From Octopus bimaculoides (lineage: Eukaryota): a stretch of DNA of 41,248 nt. Position 1 is the first letter of the stretch, and each line of letters starts with the position of its first letter. Shown here piece by piece: positions 31,415 to 41,248 of this stretch. The position numbers were made by a program, and so were the translations under genes. A model generated the notes under the pieces. It was not told the origin of the DNA and ran no database searches. It saw nothing but the letters and a program-made list of their open reading frames with translations. The stretch spans positions 52,567,893 through 52,609,140 of the forward strand of contig NC_068999.1 in the NCBI RefSeq assembly GCF_001194135.2, in the 5' to 3' direction.

Positions 31415-32430
31415 CCATGGGAACTACTATATGCCTATGATCTGGCTCTCATAGCAGAATCTGTAAATTACAGTGTAACAAAATTAGAAAAGAAATTCCA
31501 GGTATGGAAAGAGAACCTGAAATCAAAGAGTCTTAAAGTTAGCTTAGCAAAGACCAAGGTGCTAGTAAGCAAGAAATTGGACAGGACTCTTCATCCTTCA
31601 GGTAAATGGCCCTGCTCAATATCTAGGAAGGATGTAGGCAGAAATCTGATTTGGTGCACCGAGTGCAAGCTCTGGACACACAAGAGGTGCAGTGGAATAG
31701 TAGGAAATTTAACAGGTAAAGTGGTTTTTGTAAATGGAAAATATGTAGGAGCCATAAACACCACCGATACACAGTAAACTGATTTTCTCAAATGCCCTGG
31801 AGGCTCTCTAGAAGTTGTTAATATTTTCTGCCACCTAGGTGACCAAATTAAAAAGTGTAATTGCTAGAATAAGAATATGATGGAGAAAATTCAGAGAGCT
31901 TTTACCACTGTTGGCAACCAAAGGTCTTTCTCTCTGTGTGAAAAGGATGATATGATGTATGTGTAGATTGAAATGCTACATGGTAGTGAAATGTGGGCCC
32001 TGAATGCAGAGATCATGTTCTGCTGGATGGGCAATGTCACTGTACATGTGCAACAGAGCACAAGTGTATTGAGTATAAAAGTTAGGCATAAGAGGAATTA
32101 TATGCAGTATCCAAGAGAAGAGACTGTGCTGGTTTGGTCACAAGATGCAAATAGATGAGGATAGTTGCATAAGTGCCGATCACTTAAAGTGGAGGGAAGT
32201 TGTGGAAGAAGAAAATCCAGAAAGCTGATCTCAAAACACTGAGCTTTATGAAGGAGATAACAGAGGACTGAAATATGTGACATGTAAAAAACACACAGTA
32301 GACGCTGTAGAGTGTTTGGTGTTAGGAAGGGCATTCAGCTGTGGAAACTAAGGCAAAATTGACTATGGAATCTGGTACAGCCCCTGGCTTTGCCGTCCAA
32401 CCCATGCCAGCGTGGAAAACGGACGTTAAA
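31415..32430 (+). mobile_element. RTE-type LINE 3' fragment (same family as 5040-6420)
   Basis: CCCATGGGAACTACTATATGC..ATGATCT.GCTCTCAT.GCAGAATCTG and GGTAAATGGCCCTGCTCAATAT match 5795-5990. Ends GTCCAACCCATGCCAGCGTGGAAAACGGACGTTAAATG. Confidence 0.85.
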
Positions 32431-32773
32431 TGTGAGTGAGCTAAAAAAAAAAATTCAGGATTAAAATTTTTTTTTTTTTTTTACAGAAATTGCCAAATAG
32501 GTGAAACATTATTTTCATTTTCGTGGATCGCATTTTATTTAAAGTTCAAATTTACACTGATCGTCACGGGTAGGATGTCTGATAATAAAGTCAAAACTGA
32601 CGAGGAACTAGATGACTAGCGATTGACATATCATAGCAAATGAGTAATCCTCTACGGTCATTTGATTCTCTAGAAACAGCAGCGAAACCATAACTGAAAT
32701 GTCTACGATAGTCTACCTAGAAGCACAATTTCGCAGTAAAAGCTGTTATCTAATGTGTCATAGTTAAAAAAAA

Positions 32774-32990
32774 ATACGGGTTATCTTTCGATCTTTAAAC
32801 ATATTTATGACAATGAATCAAAATGAAAGATAAATAAATACTAATAATAGGCATGACTACACATGAATACCACACCCCCAAAAATACCTGTTATCTTTCG
32901 ATCTTTAAACATATTTATGGCAAAGAATAAAGTATAACAAACTGAAAACGCAAAGAATCAAAATGAAAGATGAATAAATGCTAATAGTGA
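32774..32990. repeat. Imperfect direct repeat, period ~110 bp
   Basis: GTTATCTTTCGATCTTTAAACATATTTATG starts at 32780 and at 32890; each copy is followed by GAATCAAAATGAAAGAT.AATAAAT.CTAATA. Confidence 0.85.
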
Positions 32991-33910
32991 TTATGACGAC
33001 ACATTCGTGTCCCACCCTCGAATCTATCTTCTCATAACTTTCGGAAAAAAGATATATTTATAAATCATCTAAAATTTCAATAAACAAAGTCGACACAGGT
33101 AAGACCAAAAAGACAAAGATCTTTTAGCTTTTTACTTGTTGTACCACCTCGATTCCTGTACATTTATTTATTTTTAAGTCTGGTACTTATTGTTACGGTC
33201 TCATTTGCCGAATCGATAGCTTACGAGAAAGTAAACAAATCAACACCGGTTATTTGTTAAACGGTGGGCGTGGAGTTCTTCCAGTTTTCGCCGACTGAAT
33301 ACGCTCACAAGGCTATTATAGTAGAATACACTTGCCGACAGTGCTACGCAGTTGGACAGAACCCGAAACCACGTGAAAGCAAACTACGCTCTAGAAAATA
33401 CATTCATGTAAATTGTTATTTAAATATATGAATTTTTAAAGAAAGTTACGAGGAAAAAAAGCTGCGTGTGTGTATTTCTAAAAATGACACGTACACATCC
33501 ATACTGACTCATCAAAATGTTTTCGCAATTTCTAGTTTTATTTTGTAGATATTCTTGTGATGTGTGTCAACTACGTGTGCTGTCCACCGTTGTTTTTTTC
33601 ATGTTAACTTCTGATATAACCATAATCTTACACAATCAGAAATTACACCATATGAAGCGTATTTGTAGATTTCATGTTGGGGAATTCTTGCTTAGGTATG
33701 CTCCACTTCGTTAATATTTTTATAGTAATTATAGACTCCGTTTTAGACGACGTATGAGCGTCAGCTTTTGCCGAATGACCTGCACAAATGATTTGTTTAT
33801 AGCTATCAAATGTTCGTGCCGTACATTAGCTCACTCGCTCCATCAAATCGATGTTGTCTGAACAGGTGCACTGTGTACCACGCGTCAGTTGTCAGAATAA
33901 CAACAACAAA

Positions 33911-34190
33911 GCCGGAAATTTTGAGGGAGGGGGCAAGTCAATTACATCGACTTAAAGTGCTTGACTAGTACTCATTTTACCAACTCCGAAAGGTTGAAAG
34001 GCGAAGTCGACCTCGGCGGAATTTGAACTCACAACGCAGCGACGGGCGAAATACCGCTAAGCATTTCGCCTTGATGATAATATTCTCAGGATTTGTATGA
34101 TACTTTATTTTATCGACCCTTAAGACGGATGAAAGGCAAAGTCGCCCTCGGTTGGGTGTGAATTCCGAATGAAAATAGCCGGAATTTAAA
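33911..34190 (-). mobile_element. SINE family 1 copy plus second partial copy
   Basis: GAAAGGCGAAGTCGACCTCGGCGGAATTTGAACTCA.AACG.AGCGACGGGCGAAATACCGCTAAGCATTTCGCC. Confidence 0.8.
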
Positions 34191-34789
34191 TATATCAAAA
34201 GCACTTTACATAAGATCGGAGGCAGTTCGCCCAGTAAATCTTTTTCACTTTCATTCGTTTACTTGTTTCAGTTAGTTTCACTTTGGTGTTCGCCATTTTT
34301 TTTTTATATCAACAATCGAAAAAATTCCTGAAATCTGTTAAGGTAACTCTGTCCAATAGGACAACCATAAGTTGCTTTTTTTTTTGGTTTTTGTTTGTCT
34401 AAAGAAAGGAAAAAAATTCAAGAGTTGTCACGGTTGAAGCACTTTAAAAATTAATATTGGAATGATCACAGATGGAACATTTTTGACTGGCCGAATCTCT
34501 ATCATGTCAGACAAAATGCCCAAAGGAGTTTTTTTTTTTCCAGTTTTTCGCATTCTAAGTCAATTAGATCGCCTTAAACTTGAATATTTAAGAACTTGTG
34601 CATAATTAATTATTCATAATCAGTATAATAGATTTTGGATAATTTCTTATTTTGACGTTTGTAAAATCATAGTGCTCCGAAAAGTTTTTTCAACAAAACA
34701 TTTCGTAATCATATGTGGTACACAGCGAACAGCGAGTAAATAGCGAGGAAAAATGTTACTTATTTTGAATAGAGTTTCGCCCTGGGCCC

Positions 34790-34890
34790 AAGAGTTCTTT
34801 AACAATACACGTCGGGCACACCAAGCAATACAAGTTGCTGAGTCTGACAAAAATTGAGCCAGTGTCATAACTGAATGCCATTCATTCATT
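34790..34890 (-). mobile_element. Possible Merlin/ISXO2-like transposase N-terminal remnant
   Basis: MNEWHSVMTLAQFLSDSATCIAWCARRVLLKNSW resembles the 'L.D...CI.W....GLL.N' leader that precedes the zinc ribbon in Merlin transposases (from memory; no search run). No DDE domain seen. Confidence 0.3.
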
Positions 34891-35411
34891 ATCTGTTGAT
34901 CTGTAAGTATTTTGTTGTGATTCACAATAAAGCGAAGAGCAACAAGGCGTCCATGAGACATGCTAATCGAGTTGAAATGAAATTGAAACTAAAACAAATT
35001 CGATTATACGAACGTCAAATAGGAAATTACTTAGGTTTGACAGATTTCTTAAATTTACCGCGTTTATATTAAAAATGACAAAAAAGAAAAAGAAAAACAC
35101 GAGAAAGAAAATGTAAGTCAAACTACTCGAAGTTAAAAACATTTTGTTGAATGTTCAAAATCTTAGCTGCTTATCACAGAAAACAATCTCTCTACGCCTT
35201 ATCAGAGACACACTTTCGTTTTCCTCTTACTTTTTTCCAGTATGAGTATGTAGACTAAAAGATGCAAAAAGGACATTGATTATTGGTTTGTATGTCCCTG
35301 TATTAACCTGTTTTTCATTAGTTTCCTAAGCATTAATATAGTCTTTTTCAACACCCCTTCTATTCTCCCACTACGGACCGATTTTGTCCAATTTTTTTTT
35401 GCACTACGTAC

Positions 35412-36201
35412 TTAAATTGGTGGACATTGGGGTACTAAAGCAGCGCGGACCCGAACGCGCAGTCGCGCGTCCGCGCTAGCTAGTCTTGAGTGGTCGATCC
35501 TAACCCTAACCCTATCCCGCGTGTGCAAATGAATACGTGTTTAGGGTTAGGGTTAGGAATAGGGTTAGGGTTAGGATCGACCACTCACGCAGCTAGCGCG
35601 GACGGGTCCGCGCTGCTTTAGTAGTACCGACATTGGAATTAGACACTGAGGGAAAATGGCTGTAACTTTTTTATTTTTTAAGTTAGGCGATTTTCGTTTT
35701 CGATAATGTGTTCTATATGTCCCGGTCATNNNNNNNNNNNNNNNNNNNNNNNNNNNNNNNNNNNNNNNNNNNNNNNNNNNNNNNNNNNNNNNNNNNNNNN
35801 NNNNNNNNNNNNNNNNNNNNNNNNNNNNNNNNNNNNNNNNNNNNNNNNNNNNNNNNNNNNNNNNNNNNNNNNNNNNNNNNNNNNNNNNNNNNNNNNNNNN
35901 NNNNNNNNNNNNNNNNNNNNNNNNNNNNNNNNNNNNNNNNNNNNNNNNNNNNNNNNNNNNNNNNNNNNNNNNNNNNNNNNNNNNNNNNNNNNNNNNNNNN
36001 NNNNNNNNNNNNNNNNNNNNNNNNNNNNNNNNNNNNNNNNNNNNNNNNNNNAAAGTTCTCCCACGAATTCTCAAAAATTTTTTTTAGGGGGAATCGCATG
36101 ACCGGGACATATAGAACACATTATCGAAAACGAAAATCGCCTAACTTAAAAAATAAAAAAGTTACACCCATTTTCCCTCTAATTCCAATGTCCACCCTTA
36201 A
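35412..36201. mobile_element. Non-autonomous DNA transposon with ~100-bp TIRs, TTAA-flanked (Kolobok-like)
   Basis: Left arm GGTGGACATTGG/AATTAG..GAGGGAAAATGG.TGTAAC...GTCCCGGTCAT is the reverse complement of 36098-36197. Right end CCC|TTAA. Interior is mostly N-gap. Confidence 0.65.
35431..35628. mobile_element. 198-bp palindromic MITE with 8-bp TSD GACATTGG and internal telomeric repeats (Merlin-like)
   Basis: TSD at 35423-35430 and 35629-35636. TIRs GGTAC(TAC)TAAAGCAGCGCGGACCCG. Inner arms GAGTGGTCGATCCTAACCCTAACCCTAT / ATAGGGTTAGGGTTAGGATCGACCACTC. Confidence 0.85.
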
Positions 36202-38014
36202 ATTTGATAAAGCTTTTCCTGTAAAACAAAAAAAATTTCAAACGAAAAAATGTGTGAATTAACGGAGATTTAGCTGTTGTTTCTAGCACATTGTACGACC
36301 GCTTGGTACCTTCCTCGTTTCTTTGTCACTCTGACATGTATTGATGTTTTTCAATATTTTCTTCCCATAAACACAGTTTATGGTATGGTGATACGGAAGT
36401 AACTCATGGGTTTTGTTTAGCTCAAAGGTGGCCCATTGCTGGGATTCAAGCAATAACAACAACAAAAAATTGTAATTTAAATTTTAACATAGCTCTCAAA
36501 TCAAGCGAGTCTGTGTTGTGTTTAGCAAAAAACATATTTACTTCCAGAAAAGCATACAATTTCTATGTGTGTGTTTAAGGAAAACATATTTATTAACAGA
36601 AAATTACACTATCAAAGTAAATTATCTTTCATATAGCTTTTTAAAAGGCAATGTACATCTATCAAAAGATTGCCTTTTAAAATCAATTGATAAGTCCTAG
36701 CAAAACGACTTTATCAGGCTCTCCAATATTTCAAAATTAGAAACAGAAAGAGGTGGAGGTTGAAAAAAAGAATCATAAATTTAAAATTTATTTTTAATAC
36801 CTTACTTTTGTTAGTAAATGCTTTTCCTTATACACATACACGGACTCACGTGATGGAGGGGGAGAATAAACTAGGAACGGAGCAGGTGATGGTGACATTT
36901 GCTAGACACAACAGCTAAATCTGAAAACATTTACATGTTTTTTTCCTTTTCCCGAAAAGGCTTCTCACTTCGTTTTTAAGGATGCAGTGTAGGAAGAAAA
37001 AAAAAAAAAGCCTAAATCGGTCCATGACGGGAGGAGAGGACCGAAAAAAAAAAAAAACAATTTGAAAATAAAATCTTTTCATAAAAACTAAATCCCTCTA
37101 CCATCNNNNNNNNNNNNNNNNNNNNNNNNNNNNNNNNNNNNNNNNNNNNNNNNNNNNNNNNNNNNNNNNNNNNNNNNNNNNNNNNNNNNNNNNNNNNNNN
37201 NNNNNNNNNNNNNNNNNNNNNNNNNNNNNNNNNNNNNNNNNNNNNNNNNNNNNNNNNNNNNNNNNNNNNNNNNNNNNNNNNNNNNNNNNNNNNNNNNNNN
37301 NNNNNNNNNNNNNNNNNNNNNNNNNNNNNNNNNNNNNNNNNNNNNNNNNNNNNNNNNNNNNNNNNNNNNNNNNNNNNNNNNNNNNNNNNNNNNNNNNNNN
37401 NNNNNNNNNNNNNNNNNNNNNNNNNNNNNNNNNNNNNNNNNNNNNNNNNNNNNNNNNNNNNNNNNNNNNNNNNNNNNNNNNNNNNNNNNNNNNNNNNNNN
37501 NNNNNNNNNNNNNNNNNNNNNNNNNNNNNNNNNNNNNNNNNNNNNNNNNNNNNNNNNNNNNNNNNNNNNNNNNNNNNNNNNNNNNNNNNNNNNNNNNNNN
37601 NNNNNNNNNNNNNNNNNNNNNNNNNNNNNNNNNNNNNNNNNNNNNNNNNNNNNNNNNNNNNNNNNNNNNNNNNNNNNNNNNNNNNNNNNNNNNNNNNNNN
37701 NNNNNNNNNNNNNNNNNNNNNNNNNNNNNNNNNNNNNNNNNNNNNNNNNNNNNNNNNNNNNNNNNNNNNNNNNNNNNNNNNNNNNNNNNNNNNNNNNNNN
37801 NNNNNNNNNNNNNNNNNNNNNNNNNNNNNNNNNNNNNNNNNNNNNNNNNNNNNNNNNNNNNNNNNNNNNNNNNNNNNNNNNNNNNNNNNNNNNNNNNNNN
37901 NNNNNNNNNNNNNNNNNNNNNNNNNNNNNNNNNNNNNNNNNNNNNNNNNNNNNNNNNNNNNNNNNNNNNNNNNNNNNNNNNNNNNNNNNNNNNNNNNNNN
38001 NNNNNNNNNNNNNN

Positions 38015-38065
<51 letters not shown>

Positions 38066-38697
38066 AGAGGGAGTTAAAGTAGACATGAAAAAGCAAACAA
38101 TTTTGCAAGATTGACAAGGACGTTTTATTTAGCTATATGATAAAAACAATGGTATAGTCTCTACCAGCTGTTTCTAAAATATTCCAGCTATTGGAACATC
38201 GTGTCGAGCGAGGATTCCATAGACCAAGTATACAGTGATCGGAGTCACCCAGAGGAAAACTTCACGTATCATATACTTTATATGGGAAGTAATTACAAAT
38301 TGATAGCTCATTTTGAAAAATTAAACATAAATATTATTTGGAAGTTAATCATTTTAATGAAATATAATAACCTGCTTTTAAGGATTTACTCTTATTCCTT
38401 TTACTTACTTTGATAATTGAATACCTCTCCCACAAAGCGAAATATCACTGGCGTTAAAATTTATATCTACCATCAAGAGTATTAATAAAAATAGTTATTT
38501 TCTTTGACATAAGTGACTCTAGAAAGATAAGAACTTGACCAATTTTTCTTTTCATAGTTTAGGGTTGAGTTTATAGCTAAAAGTTGGCGGTGAAAAAATA
38601 AATTTCATTATTACCAAATTGTACGTATCACTTACCAGCAATTCTACAGGGAACGATTCAAAACCAATTTTGCTTTCACTTTCTAATTTTGTATACA

Positions 38698-38805
38698 GAG
38701 TGAGAGAGATAATGACGCAAAAAGAGAGAGACGGTATGTGTGTGTGTGTGAGTGAGATATGACGCAAAAAGAGAGAGACGGTATGTGTGTGTGAGTGAGA
38801 TATCA
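38698..38805. repeat. Short tandem duplication (GAGAT(A)ATGACGCAAAAAGAGAGAGACGGTA(TG)n) x2+
   Basis: Direct reading of the sequence. Confidence 0.8.
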
Positions 38806-39047
38806 CGTAAAAAGAGGTACAATCTAGCAAAAATGTGCGAGGGAGGGAAAGTTAGTCAAAGAGAGACAAAAACACATTGGTCAATATATGTCTGTACGAG
38901 ACGACCTAATTCATAACAGTATGAAAAGAAAGCGTTGCTGCATTCCTTGGAAATCAACATTTCACTTTCACTTTACGTCCATTGTAATGCAATATAGTGT
39001 AGTGCGCTTATACGAATGAATAAAGGTGTGTGTGTGTGTGTGTGTGG

Positions 39048-39235
39048 AGGCTCAATGGCCCAGTGGTTAGGGCAGCGGACTCGCGGTCATAGGATCGCGG
39101 TTTCGATTCCCAGACCGGGCGTTGAGAGTGTTTATTGAGCGAAAACACCCAAATTAAGTACCAGTTGTGTACAGGGGTCGATCTAATCGACTGGCTCCCT
39201 CACAAAACATTTTGGACCTTGTGCTAAAGTAGAAA
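39048..39235 (+). mobile_element. SINE with intact-looking tRNA-derived Pol III head fused to family 1 3' half
   Basis: A-box TGGCCCAGTGG and B-box GGTTTCGATTCC. After AAAACACC the sequence switches to AAATTAAGTACCAGTTG...GGGGTCGATCTAATCGACTGG...CCTTGTGC. Confidence 0.7.
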
Positions 39236-39879
39236 AGAATATTAACAGCAGTGAGATGACAGAATTGTTAGATGGAAAAAATGCTCAATGGCATTTCTTC
39301 CANNNNNNNNNNNNNNNNNNNNNNNNNNNNNNNNNNNNNNNNNNNNNNNNNNNNNNNNNNNNNNNNNNNNNNNNNNNNNNNNNNNNNNNNNNNNNNNNNN
39401 NNNNNNNNNNNNNNNNNNNNNNNNNNNNNNNNNNNNNNNNNNNNNNNNNNNNNNNNNNNNNNNNNNNNNNNNNNNNNNNNNNNNNNNNNNNNNNNNNNNN
39501 NNNNNNNNNNNNNNNNNNNNNNNNNNNNNNNNNNNNNNNNNNNNNNNNNNNNNNNNNNNNNNNNNNNNNNNNNNNNNNNNNNNNNNNNNNNNNNNNNNNN
39601 NNNNNNNNNNNNNNNNNNNNNNNNNNNNNNNNNNNNNNNNNNNNNNNNNNNNNNNNNNNNNNNNNNNNNNNNNNNNNNNNNNNNNNNNNNNNNNNNNNNN
39701 NNNAGGGTTTTTAGAGAAAGTAATCAACTAACTCGCACATTCCAAATACAATCAGTAAGTGGAACAGTGAAAATATGAAAGACGTTTCTCAAGTTTAAAA
39801 TATGGTGTTTTTGTTATCTACATTCCAATGATGGAGCTTTGTGTCTTTGGTAGAAATCAGCTCCTTCCTCAGAGGAAAA

Positions 39880-40037
39880 GGTTAGGTGGTAGAAGCTTAC
39901 TTCCCAACCACATGGTTCCGGATTCAGTCCTACTGCGTGGCACTTTGGTCAAGTGTCTTCTACTACAGCCTCGGGCCGACCAAAGCCGTGTGAGCGGATT
40001 TGGTAGACGGAAACTGAAAGAAGCCCGTCGTATGCAC

Positions 40038-40076
<39 letters not shown>

Positions 40077-40295
40077 GGGAGGGTGTTTTTGTGTCTGTGT
40101 TTGTACCCATCATCATCGCTTGACAACTGGTGTTGGTGTATTTACGTCCCCGTTACTGAGCGGTTCCGCAAAGTATCGATAGAATAAGTACTGGGCTTAA
40201 AAATTAGTTCCGTGGTCGGAATGTTCGACTAAAACCTTGGAAGATGGTGCTCCACCATGGCCGCAGCCAAACCACTGAAACAAAGTAAAGAATAA
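39880..40295 (+). mobile_element. Near full-length SINE family 2 (tRNA head, CORE-like TTGG.CAAGTGTCTT segment, internal (TA)n(TG)n, tail)
   Basis: Serves as the reference for the fragments at 2.1, 7.5, 18.1, 23.9, 24.7, 27.0, 27.3 and 31.0 kb. Confidence 0.85.
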
Positions 40296-41202
40296 AAGAA
40301 TTAAAAAAGAAGAGAACATACATACACACACACACACACACTCATTCATTCATATGCAATACTAAAATGAAAGTAAAGTGAAAGTAGACGTCGTGACGTA
40401 AAATGCCCGCTCTGCTTCTGTCTGTCTCTGACTAACTTTCCCCCTCTCGCACATTTTTGCTAGATCGTACGTCTTCTCTTTGTTTTTGCCTGTACCTCTT
40501 TTCTCCGAAAACTTGCCCAATTTTCTTCGAAATTGCAAGTTTCATTTTGTAGATACATACTGACACGTCGTCACATATATGTATACGATTCCACCAAATT
40601 GTTTTTTTTTACCATATTAAAGTTTTCGGAGAAAGTTTATGAAACGTGAAAGTATTTGTTTGGCAATTTCCGTTAAAAAAAAAAATTATTTCTTAAATTT
40701 CTTTTTGCAGCCGAATCGCTTATGTTTATGTATTTTTTGTGTATGCATGTGCAACACATACATAAAAATGCATACATGCACATAAACACATACAATATAC
40801 TTACATACACAAATATACGTACACAAACACATAATTGAATATCATAGGACCGGGTGCACAACAACTTATAGTAATCTTCCAGTATAGGGAAATAACGGGT
40901 ACTACTAAAGTGTTTGACCCGAGCTCAAAAATAAAAAAAAATAAATTAGTGTAATAGGTGTAAAACAACTTGCTGTGAACGAATATGAAGAATGCGCGCT
41001 CGCGAACGGGTGGGGTGCGGAGAGTACGGATAATACTAGTAAGACGTTAAGTTATTTCCCTTGTATTCTTATTTACTTTTTTTTTACCTCCCGAAACTGG
41101 AAGATTACCTAATAATAATTAATAATAATAATTAATATTAATAATAATAATAAAAACATCGAAAACCTTAGGAATGAGAACCCAGGTTCGAAATTTCCCC
41201 AA

Positions 41203-41248
41203 GGCACCTGATGAAGGCTGGAGGGTATATCAGCCGAAACGTTGTGTT
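41203..41248 (+). ncRNA. Minimal type I hammerhead ribozyme motif (Penelope-LTR type), at window edge
   Basis: GGCAC-CTGATGA-A-GGCTG-gagggtatat-CAGCC-GAA-ACGT-T-GTGTT: stem I GGCAC/GTGTT, stem II GGCTG/CAGCC, palindromic ACGT stem III, GUU cleavage triplet. Confidence 0.65.

Noticed and set aside
35500-35576. Telomere or chromosome-fusion scar (inverted TTAGGG arrays)
   Set aside because: Only 2-3 hexamers per run, enclosed by TIRs and an 8-bp TSD, so they are part of a MITE.
36267-36922. 23-bp inverted pair GATTTAGCTGTTGT.TCTAGC as transposon TIRs
   Set aside because: No TSD found and no further symmetry; more likely two copies of a short dispersed repeat.
39051-39125. tRNA gene
   Set aside because: A and B boxes are present but there is no complete cloverleaf or acceptor stem and no T-run terminator; it continues into SINE body sequence.

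Overview
This is AT-rich, repeat-dense, gapped eukaryotic genomic DNA. The SINE families and microsatellites are typical of an octopus (cephalopod) draft assembly; that is an inference, and no prokaryotic features are present. The main content is an unannotated pair of convergent (tail-to-tail) paralogous genes. Gene A (+, exons 1873-2040, 2365-2543, 7199-7384; 5' end not found in the window) encodes a MYND zinc finger followed by a ~120-aa beta-rich, OB-fold-like domain. Gene B (-, 28535 to 11459) can be assembled by hand from 9 exons with GT-AG sites and matching phases into a 663-aa ORF with EIGHT MYND fingers plus a diverged copy of the same C-terminal domain; one exon end lies in an assembly gap and its 174-nt length is assumed. 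Five of the fingers sit on 174-nt phase 1-1 cassette-type exons repeated every ~1.0-1.2 kb. Each is preceded by a conserved GTGTTTGAT motif whose reverse complement occurs once, just upstream of the first cassette. Exon 1 of gene B also carries an acidic 16-aa tandem repeat and three NPF motifs. The rest is mobile DNA: R4/Dong, RTE, CR1 and Penelope retroelement fragments, a mariner transposase relic, several SINE families, MITEs (one with telomeric repeats and an 8-bp TSD nested in a TTAA-flanked element), a solo LTR with a 4-bp TSD, a Helitron-like 3' end, and three hammerhead-ribozyme-like motifs. Gene models are manual, with no transcript evidence.
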